DNA of 24,000 nucleotides, from positions 160,105 to 184,104 of the forward strand of contig NZ_JBMNUX010000004.1 in NCBI RefSeq assembly GCF_050946515.1, given 5' to 3'. Both the position numbers and the translations under genes were made by a program. Source of the stretch: Tractidigestivibacter sp. Lineage in GTDB: Bacteria > Actinomycetota > Coriobacteriia > Coriobacteriales > Atopobiaceae. Of the stretch, positions 7,336 to 13,895 are shown piece after piece. Positions within the stretch are counted from its first letter, which is position 1, and each line of letters starts with the position of its first letter. Under the pieces are notes generated by a model, which worked only from the letters and a program-made list of their open reading frames with translations, did not search any database and was not told the DNA's origin.

Positions 7336-8952
7336 ATGCTGGTATTTCAAGCACTCATCATCGCTCTGTGCGCATGGTACTCGGCTACCGCAGCTCCAAT
7401 GTGGCTGCGCTGGTCCGTCTACTTTGGCGCTCCCCTCGTAGCCGGCCTTGTCGACGGCCTTCTCCTTGGCGACGTATCGTACGGGCTCCAGGTAGGCTCC
7501 ACCGTCATGATGGCCTACATCGGCATGGTCGCAATCGGCGGGTCGCTGCCCAGCGACTATGCCCTCGCCGGATACCTTGGCGTGGCAATGACCATGTACG
7601 CAGGCGCCGACCCGTCAGTCGGCCTGACCATCGCAGTCCCCATTGGTCTGCTCGGCCTTCTCAGCTTCAACGTGAAGATGTCTCTCAACTCCATCTGGGT
7701 GCACAAGGCTGACCAGTACGCCGCAAAGGGAGACACCCGTGGCGTTGCTGCAATGAACCTCTTTGCGTCCCAGATCTTCCCGTTCCTCACCTACTTTATC
7801 CCCTCATTCCTCTGCGTCGTCTTCGGCTCTGGCGCTCTCGAGTCTCTGATGAACGTTATCCCGACTCAGGTGACCTCCATCCTTTCGCTCGCTGGCCACC
7901 TCATCCCGGCCCTTGGACTTGCCATGCTCGCGAGCGTGCTGTTCAAGTCCTCGCTCATCCCGTTCTTCCTTATCGGCTTTGCGCTTTCCGCCTATCTCGG
8001 CCTGGGCACCATGCCCATCGCCATCCTTGGCGCAGCGGCTGGAATCCTGCACCTCATCTATACCTCACAGAAGGACGGCACCTCTCTCGATGATCTCTCG
8101 CTTGCAAAGGGCGACGAGCAGCCCGCAGCATCCGATGACGGCAAGAAGCACCTCTCCAAGAAGGCCCTTCGCAAGTGCTGGTGGAACTGGCAGTGCTGGG
8201 CTCAGATCTGCTATAACTACGAGCGCATGATGGGCCTCGGCTTTGCCCACTGCATGATTCCTGTCCTGAAGGACCTCTATGGCGACGACACCGAGAAGAT
8301 TGCCGCCGGCCTCACTCGCCACATGGCCTACTTCAACACCGAGAACACCTGGGGCGCCATCATCCCCGGCATCATCGCCGCTATGGAGGAAGAGCGGGCC
8401 AACGGTGCTGAGATCGACGACGACATGGAGAACAACCTCAAGACCGCGCTGATGGGCCCCATGGCCGGCATCGGCGACTCCGTGACCCAGAGCCTCGTGA
8501 AGGTCGTCCTGCTCTCCATCGCCATTGGCCTTGCCTCTGCTGGCAGTGCCTTTGGACCCATCCTGCTTATTGTCCTGTTCTCCGTCTACGCGCTGGGCGT
8601 TGGCTACTTCTGCTTCAACTCTGGCTATCGCCTGGGCAAGAACGCCGTAACGAAGCTTCTGTCGGGGGGCCTCGTCAAGCAGCTGACCGAGGGTCTCGGC
8701 GCCATGGGCACGATGGTTCTTGGCTGCCTCGTCGCAACAGTCATCCCCATTACCTGCCCGCTGACCTTCGAGCTTTCCACGGGCACCATCGAGCTCCAGT
8801 CAATCTTCGACACCATCCTTCCGGGCCTGCTCCCGCTCGTTGCCTTCCTTGTCACCTACCACTTCATCAAGAAGGGCACCAAGCCCACGACCATCATCAT
8901 CTTTATGTTCCTGATTGCCTGCGTCCTCTCCCCGCTGGGAATCCTCTCCTAG
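7336..8952 (+). CDS. Fused PTS mannose-family EIIC-EIID membrane component
   Basis: The N-terminal ~240 aa are an EIIC-like polytopic region. A polar linker follows (SQKDGTSLDDLSLAKGDEQPAASDDGKK). The EIID-like part then contains LSKKALRKCWWNW..YNYERMMGLGFAHCMIPVL and TRHMAYFNTENTWG. The frame is uninterrupted for 538 codons, and AGGGGTG lies upstream of the ATG. Confidence 0.85.
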   Translation: MLVFQALIIALCAWYSATAAPMWLRWSVYFGAPLVAGLVDGLLLGDVSYGLQVGSTVMMAYIGMVAIGGSLPSDYALAGYLGVAMTMYAGADPSVGLTIAVPIGLLGLLSFNVKMSLNSIWVHKADQYAAKGDTRGVAAMNLFASQIFPFLTYFIPSFLCVVFGSGALESLMNVIPTQVTSILSLAGHLIPALGLAMLASVLFKSSLIPFFLIGFALSAYLGLGTMPIAILGAAAGILHLIYTSQKDGTSLDDLSLAKGDEQPAASDDGKKHLSKKALRKCWWNWQCWAQICYNYERMMGLGFAHCMIPVLKDLYGDDTEKIAAGLTRHMAYFNTENTWGAIIPGIIAAMEEERANGAEIDDDMENNLKTALMGPMAGIGDSVTQSLVKVVLLSIAIGLASAGSAFGPILLIVLFSVYALGVGYFCFNSGYRLGKNAVTKLLSGGLVKQLTEGLGAMGTMVLGCLVATVIPITCPLTFELSTGTIELQSIFDTILPGLLPLVAFLVTYHFIKKGTKPTTIIIFMFLIACVLSPLGILS

Positions 8953-8994
8953 CGAACTGCCAGCATCAGAAACGAACCATCGAAAGGATCAAGA

Positions 8995-9804
8995 ATGTCG
9001 GAGTTGATGGATAAACATCGCGAAACCTTTGGCACAGACAAGCCGGTCATTGGGTGCCTCCATATGCAGGCGCTGCCAGGGACGCCCTTCGCAGATCCCA
9101 ACGTGACCCTTGAGGACCAGATCAAGCGCCTGAAGGGCGAGGCAAAGATTCTGCAAGACGCGGGATTTGACGCCGTCGTGTTCGCCAACGAGGGCGACCG
9201 CCCCTATCTGACCACCGTAGGGCCCGAGGTCGTGGCCAACTACGTTCGCATTGCAACGGAAGTCGCGTCGGTCATTGACGTTCCGTATGGCTGCGGCGTG
9301 CTCATTGACCCCATCGCAACCATCGCAGTCGCAAAGGCAATTGGCGCAAAGTTCGTCCGCACCTACGTGTCCAACACCTACGAGGGCACCTTTGGCCACC
9401 AGAGCTTCCAGCCCGGCGAGATCTTCCGCTACCGCCACGCAATTGGCGCCGATGACGTGCGCGTCTACACGTATTTCGAGCCGCATGCGGGCACCTGCCT
9501 TGACACGCGCACGAGCGAGCAGATGCTCGACGCGGCCGTGCCGAACATGCCCATCGCAGGCGCCCTCTTTGGCGGCGCGCACGCAGGACTTCCGCCCGAG
9601 GAATCGCACATCGCAGAGCTCAAGCGCAAGTTCCCCGATGTCCCAATCCTCATCGGCAGCGGCGGGACCGTCGACAACATCGGCAAGCTTCTCCCCCACG
9701 CCGATGGCGTCATCGTCGGCACGAGCATCAAGGTAGACGGGGTGCTCTGGAACCCGGTCGACCGTGCGCGCGCAGAAGCGTTCATTGCCGCAGCAAAGAA
9801 GTAG
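8995..9804 (+). CDS. BtpA/SgcQ family protein (predicted TIM-barrel, function unknown)
   Basis: AAAGGA RBS upstream of the ATG. The ~270-aa length and the segments PVIGCLHMQALPGTP, FANEGDRPY and LIGSGGTVDNI fit the BtpA/SgcQ family, which is known from the E. coli sgc PTS cluster. The gene starts 42 nt after the EIICD stop. Confidence 0.75.
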   Translation: MSELMDKHRETFGTDKPVIGCLHMQALPGTPFADPNVTLEDQIKRLKGEAKILQDAGFDAVVFANEGDRPYLTTVGPEVVANYVRIATEVASVIDVPYGCGVLIDPIATIAVAKAIGAKFVRTYVSNTYEGTFGHQSFQPGEIFRYRHAIGADDVRVYTYFEPHAGTCLDTRTSEQMLDAAVPNMPIAGALFGGAHAGLPPEESHIAELKRKFPDVPILIGSGGTVDNIGKLLPHADGVIVGTSIKVDGVLWNPVDRARAEAFIAAAKK

Positions 9805-9825
9805 CCGCAAGCCAGCAACAAGAAA

Positions 9826-9858
9826 GGCCGGAAGGGCGAGAAACCCTTCCGGCCTTTT
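9826..9858. terminator. Bidirectional rho-independent terminator (end of the PTS operon and 3' side of tRNA-Thr)
   Basis: Stem GGCCGGAAGGG (9826-9836) / CCCTTCCGGCC (9844-9854) with a 7-nt loop. TTTT follows on the + strand and TTTCT follows on the - strand. Confidence 0.65.
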
Positions 9859-9866
9859 GCATTCGC

Positions 9867-9942
9867 TGGAGCCAGCAATCAGACTCGAACTGATGACCCC
9901 CGCTTTACGAGAGCGGTGCTCTACCAACTGAGCTATGCTGGC
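9867..9942 (-). tRNA. tRNA-Thr (anticodon CGU), CCA encoded
   Basis: The reverse complement GCCAGCATAGCTCAGTTGGTAGAGCACCGCTCTCGTAAAGCGGGGGTCATCAGTTCGAGTCTGATTGCTGGCTCCA folds by hand into a cloverleaf. It has a 7-bp acceptor stem, GCTC/GAGC D stem, CCGCT/AGCGG anticodon stem, CTCGTAA loop (anticodon CGT) and ATCAG/CTGAT T stem with a TTCGAGT loop. Confidence 0.9.
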
Positions 9943-9968
9943 ACGCTGCTTTTCCAACAGCAGAAGTA

Positions 9969-9997
9969 ACTATACGGGTGACGCGCCCGCATTTCAA
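9969..9997 (-). promoter_or_regulatory. Sigma70-type promoter for tRNA-Thr
   Basis: On the minus strand: TTGAAA (9997-9992), a 17-nt spacer, then TATAGT (9974-9969). This places the promoter about 27 nt upstream of the mature tRNA 5' end. Confidence 0.5.
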
Positions 9998-10032
9998 GCG
10001 TCAATCCTAAATCCACCAACACTTACGTGCTT

Positions 10033-11223
10033 CTACAGAAGGTGGAGCACGCCACGGACAAGGCTCTCGAAATCCGAGCCATGCTTCTTTGCCTCCGCAA
10101 GAACCGTTTCGTGCGTCGTGTCAGCCGCTCCGGCGTCGTTAGCGGCAAGCGTCAGCCCCAGCACGTTCATGCCCAAGGCCCGCGCCATGATGACCTCGTT
10201 GACCGTAGACATGCCCGTGTAGGACACGCCGAGCTTGCCCAGCGCGGCCACCTCGGCAGGGGTCTCAAAGCTGGGTCCAAGGACGCCAGCGAGCACGCCC
10301 TCCTCGACGGCGATGCCCAAATCGTCTGCCACGCCGCGGGCGATGGTGCGCAGGTAGGGAGAATATGCCGTGCTCATGTCCACGAACGGCGTGTCAACGT
10401 CACGGAGCTCGTCCCAGTCGGCCAGCGGGTTTCTCCCCGTCAAATTAATCTGGTCCGTGATGATGCCAAGACCCTTATGGGCATTGCCCGGAACGGCCCC
10501 GGTTGCGCAGGCAAAGATGATGTCGCGGCACCCAAGCCTAAAGGCATGGCGAACGAGCGAGGTCACCTCAGCTGCCGAGTAGCCCTGATACAGGTGGATG
10601 CGCCCCGGATAGACAATAACGGGTACGTCGTCGATGGAGCCGACCGTAGCCTCAAAGCTGTGCCCGGCAATGGGGCGCGCCGACTGCGGAAAGCCCTCGA
10701 TGTCGTGATAGTCAATGCGGCGGACAGGCTTAACAAGCTGCCCCAGATGGCCAAGACCGCTGCCCAGCACGATGGCAACTGGATGCTCGACGGACGGCTT
10801 GCAGGATTCGACGGTCTTCTCGGTAACCACGCAGATTCCCTCCTTCTCAAGGCGACGAGCCAGCACGCCTTCGCCTTTGATCACTCGACCAGTGTATGTC
10901 CCATCGTAGATGAGATGGACTCCGCAAGACGGGCTCTTTGCCTTCAGTACGGCAAGCGGCGCGCCAGACCTTCGGGCCGCTTCAAACGCAATGTCAGCGC
11001 CATGCTCGAACTGCAAGGTCACGTCGGTGCCGTCCTGAAGCCACACGCGCCCGTCCCGTTGCTCGGCAGGAGGCCTGGGAACCGGCAGCCCCGAGGAGCC
11101 TTCCGGGCAGACGCGTATGACCTCGAGCTTGCTTGCAAGCTCTGCCACGGCTGCATTGAGCTTGGAGCCCCCGTCGTAGCGCACAGGCGCACCTAGAAGA
11201 CACGCGCTCACGATTGCACGCAT
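10033..11223 (-). CDS. Fusion protein: N-terminal DUF523 (TudS-like [4Fe-4S] desulfidase domain) + C-terminal trimeric-type purine nucleoside phosphorylase
   Basis: The ORF (TTG at 11241) is trimmed to the ATG at 11223 (MRAIVSACLLG), which has AGAGG upstream. The N-terminal ~145 aa contain SACLLGAPVRYDGG, VCPEGSSGLPVPRPPAE and KAKSPSCGV..IYDG. The C-terminal ~250 aa contain GSGLG, GRIHLYQG, GPSFETPAE and MSTVNE, which are PNP/MTAP family hallmarks. Confidence 0.85.
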   Translation of the reverse strand: MRAIVSACLLGAPVRYDGGSKLNAAVAELASKLEVIRVCPEGSSGLPVPRPPAEQRDGRVWLQDGTDVTLQFEHGADIAFEAARRSGAPLAVLKAKSPSCGVHLIYDGTYTGRVIKGEGVLARRLEKEGICVVTEKTVESCKPSVEHPVAIVLGSGLGHLGQLVKPVRRIDYHDIEGFPQSARPIAGHSFEATVGSIDDVPVIVYPGRIHLYQGYSAAEVTSLVRHAFRLGCRDIIFACATGAVPGNAHKGLGIITDQINLTGRNPLADWDELRDVDTPFVDMSTAYSPYLRTIARGVADDLGIAVEEGVLAGVLGPSFETPAEVAALGKLGVSYTGMSTVNEVIMARALGMNVLGLTLAANDAGAADTTHETVLAEAKKHGSDFESLVRGVLHLL

Positions 11224-11277
11224 GAACGTCACCTCTCTCAAGCAAGGCCTTGCCTCGAGTGCCGTGTCGTCGACCTA

Positions 11278-11315
11278 TGAAAAGCGGGGGACAAGGCAGG
11301 CGCCCCATCCCCCGC
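11278..11315 (-). terminator. Rho-independent terminator after the membrane-protein gene
   Basis: On the minus strand: GCGGGGGA (11315-11308), a 16-nt loop, TCCCCCGC (11291-11284), then TTTTCAT. It begins 21 nt after the stop codon at 11337. Confidence 0.5.
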
Positions 11316-11336
11316 AAGCAAACGCTTGGCCAGCGG

Positions 11337-12323
11337 CTAGACAGCCAGCGTGTTGATCTGGACGGTGGAGGCGTCCAGAAGCGAGTTAACGTAGGCAGTC
11401 CACTCGGACGAGGCCTCGCTCGAAGCGGTAGAGTAGTCGGAGTAGGCAACGTAGTAGGCCTGCTCGGCTGCAGCATAGGTGGCAGAGTCGTTCGAGATGT
11501 CGTAGGTAGAGAGGGCGGAGTAGTACTCGCCGTCAGTGCGTGCCCACGTGTTGTTCTCGGAATCCCACTCGTCGCCAGCAAGCTCGATGATGTACTGAGC
11601 GTATTCGGAGCTTGCGGTGTCCTCGTTGCCGTCTTCGGGGGTCGAAGGAGCAGAGGGCGCGTCGGGAACCTCGGTGGTGACCACGGTGTCACGAAGCTTC
11701 TTCATGATCGTGGCGTCCTTCAGAAGCGCCTTGGTGGCGTCCTCGCTCAAGCCGTAGTTGGAGCCGATGGTGGCGTAGTCGGAGGTGCCCAGCGTGCTGG
11801 TGGCATACGAGTCGACCTCGTCGTCGGAGGCGTCAATGCCCTGGTCCTCAGCAGCCTGCAGCACGATCTCGTTGCGGATGTAGCTAATGATGGTGTCGGC
11901 GGAAGGCACGGTGTAGGTTCCGTCGTCGTTAGCCTGTTCGGAGACGTCGCCGTTCTGCTCGAGAACCTCGCGAGTAGTAACGGAAGTGGTCTTGCCGTTA
12001 TACGTGTAGGTAGCGATGGAGTCGTCCAGCGCAGACTCCTCGACCGTAGTAGTTCCAACGGAGGTGCTCGAGGAGCCAATCAGGAAGTGACCAATCAGAA
12101 TGCCGCCGACAAGAGCGACCACGCAAATGATGATCCAGACTGCGTTGGACAGGCTCTTACGAGGACCAGCGGACTTCGCAGGCTTCTTCTCGCGAGGCTC
12201 CTTGGCCTTCTTCTCTGGCTTCTTCTCGTCCTTCTTGTCATCCTTTTCGGGCTTCTTGGAGGAATCGTCAGGAGTCTCTATTGACTCATCCTTCTTTTCG
12301 TCCTTCTTTTCGGTGTCAGCCAT
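11337..12323 (-). CDS. Membrane-anchored protein with a Lys/Glu-rich cytoplasmic tail and a SurA-N/PrsA-N-like extracytoplasmic domain (no PPIase domain seen)
   Basis: The ATG at 12323 has AAAGGTGAGG upstream. Residues 1-57 are a K/E/D-rich low-complexity tail, followed by one TM helix (AVWIIICVVALVGGILIGHFLIG). The ectodomain pattern (YTYNGKTTSVTTREVLEQ.., IISYIRNEIVLQAAEDQGIDASDDEVDSY, ALLKDATIMKKLRDTVV) resembles SurA N-terminal chaperone domains. This is a family guess only. Confidence 0.6.
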   Translation of the reverse strand: MADTEKKDEKKDESIETPDDSSKKPEKDDKKDEKKPEKKAKEPREKKPAKSAGPRKSLSNAVWIIICVVALVGGILIGHFLIGSSSTSVGTTTVEESALDDSIATYTYNGKTTSVTTREVLEQNGDVSEQANDDGTYTVPSADTIISYIRNEIVLQAAEDQGIDASDDEVDSYATSTLGTSDYATIGSNYGLSEDATKALLKDATIMKKLRDTVVTTEVPDAPSAPSTPEDGNEDTASSEYAQYIIELAGDEWDSENNTWARTDGEYYSALSTYDISNDSATYAAAEQAYYVAYSDYSTASSEASSEWTAYVNSLLDASTVQINTLAV

Positions 12324-12467
12324 ACCTCACCTTTCGGCCCAGCGCCCTCGGGCGCATGGCAAAACGTACAGAGCATCTGCCATTCTAACGCAGACATGCG
12401 TTCGTCCCCCAAGCGTCATCCAATCAACGCGTGAGAGACGAACGCGAACTACAAAGCTGCAAGTAAC

Positions 12468-13061
12468 CTACTTTGTCTTGGGCTTCGCCGCAGCAACGAT
12501 CTGCTCGGAGTACTCCTTTGTGTATCCGTTGCCATGCTCGGCATCAAACGACATCCTGTCTACCAAGCTCTTGGCAGTCTTCTTGGAGATGGTGCCGTTT
12601 GCAAAGGCGAGAAGCCCTGCCAGCATGTCTCGATACTCGGCGTCTCCGTGATAGCACTGAACGGCCTCGTCCAGAAGCGACCACGCAGCGTCGGAGCGCT
12701 GCTCGGAAGTCGCTCCCACGCGGCACAAGAACAGGAAGGCCGCCAGGCGGACCGTTGCCGAGTCATCGTCAAACAGGGACGCCTCGGCGCCATCGAACGC
12801 CCCGGCAACCTGGTCTGGATACTCGTCTGCCATTTCTGAGAGCGCGTCCAGAACCTCCCAGCGAGTCTGCGCCTCGGGACGGTCGAGCGCGTCAACCAGC
12901 TGGTCCACGTAGTCGCACAGCGCGCTGGGGTTCGCCTTTGCCACGGCTGCAAGCTGGTGGGACATCTCTTGGCGCGTACGCCTGCTCCGCGACGACAGTC
13001 CCTCCACAAGCGCTGCAATGGCCTTTTCGCTCGCAGCGTCGTTCTCGCTTTCGTCTGCCAT
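12468..13061 (-). CDS. HEAT/ARM-like repeat protein (all-alpha, function unknown)
   Basis: ORF 12468..13103 trimmed to the ATG at 13061 (MADESEND), which has AGGGAG 7 nt upstream and lies 16 nt after the NYN gene stop. It has repeated helix-turn-helix units with R/E/D/L periodicity (RTRQEMSHQLAAVA.., EAQTRWEVLDALSEMA.., SATVRLAAFLFLCRVG..), as in HEAT repeats. Confidence 0.65.
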   Translation of the reverse strand: MADESENDAASEKAIAALVEGLSSRSRRTRQEMSHQLAAVAKANPSALCDYVDQLVDALDRPEAQTRWEVLDALSEMADEYPDQVAGAFDGAEASLFDDDSATVRLAAFLFLCRVGATSEQRSDAAWSLLDEAVQCYHGDAEYRDMLAGLLAFANGTISKKTAKSLVDRMSFDAEHGNGYTKEYSEQIVAAAKPKTK

Positions 13062-13077
13062 TTTGCAACTCCCTTTC

Positions 13078-13860
13078 TTACTCGCAGAACCCGTCGACAA
13101 CAACAGTGCCGCTCTTGGGGTCTTGGTGAATGTCGATAAAGCCGAGCTTCGCCGCCTCGCGAATCAGGGCAGTAAAGGAACGATACCCATAAGAAGCCTC
13201 TGAAAACTGCGGGCGCTTGCGACGCATCGTATCTTTCAGACGAGATGCAAGAATAAAGCTGTCGCTCTCGCGCTGCAGGGCATCGATGGTCTCAAAGAGC
13301 AGCTGGTAGCAGTCCTGCTTCTCCTTCGGCACCTTGGTCGAGAAGTCCGGAATCCCCGAGCCGCGCGAGAGGTCCTCATAAAAGATGAACTCGTCGCAGA
13401 CCTCGGCGAGAAGCGTGCTGGTTGAAGCTTTCATGCCTACGCCAATGACGGTCTTGCCGAACTCCTTGAGCTTTGAGACGAGCGGCGAGAAGTCCGAGTC
13501 TCCCGACAGAATGGCAAAGGTGTCGATGTGCTCCTTCGTAAGGCACATCTCTACTGCGTCGACCGCCAGGCGAATGTCGGCGGAGTTTTTGCCAGTATAG
13601 GCACGGTCAGGAATCTCGATGAGCTCGATCCCCAGCTCGTGCAGAGGGGTCACCGCCGTATCAAAGCGTTGCCAATCGCAATATGCGCGCTTGGCCGTGA
13701 TGCGTCCCTTGTCAACCAGCCGCTCGAGGATGAGCTTGACGTCGGGAGCGGGACCGGGCTCTTGGTGGCCGTTCTTCTTGCGCTTGCCGGTTCCAAGCGC
13801 AAGGTTCTCATAGTCGATGAACACCGCAATGGAGCTCTGCGGGGTTTCATTTCCATTCAT
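13078..13860 (-). CDS. NYN (LabA-like PIN-fold RNase) domain protein with a C-terminal OST-HTH/LOTUS domain
   Basis: NYN motifs are present: IAVFIDYENL, GKNSADIRLAVDA and ILSGDSDFSPLVSKLKEFGKTVIGVG. The C-terminal ~75 aa (LASRLKDTMRRKRPQFSEASYGYRSFTALIREAAKLGFIDI) fit OST-HTH/LOTUS. The start is either the ATG at 13860 (AAGGAG 14 nt upstream) or the TTG at 13872 (too close to the SD), so ATG is preferred. Confidence 0.8.
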   Translation of the reverse strand: MNGNETPQSSIAVFIDYENLALGTGKRKKNGHQEPGPAPDVKLILERLVDKGRITAKRAYCDWQRFDTAVTPLHELGIELIEIPDRAYTGKNSADIRLAVDAVEMCLTKEHIDTFAILSGDSDFSPLVSKLKEFGKTVIGVGMKASTSTLLAEVCDEFIFYEDLSRGSGIPDFSTKVPKEKQDCYQLLFETIDALQRESDSFILASRLKDTMRRKRPQFSEASYGYRSFTALIREAAKLGFIDIHQDPKSGTVVVDGFCE

Positions 13861-13895
13861 GCGTGTGTGCAATTCTCCTTTCGGACGAGGCCAAG

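Noticed and set aside
11242-11253. A perfect 12-bp palindrome GCAAGGCCTTGC just upstream of the TudS-PNP RBS.
   Set aside because: It is short and GC-rich, with no loop for a hairpin and no second copy seen. It could be an operator, but there is not enough evidence to call it.
12324-12467. Hairpins after the HEAT gene (CGCGT..ACGCG; GCGCC-CGAG-GGCGC at 12342-12355), considered as the operon terminator or as the promoter of the next gene.
   Set aside because: The stems are short and none is followed by a U-run. No promoter hexamer pair has acceptable spacing. It stays unresolved whether transcription continues into the 11337..12323 gene.
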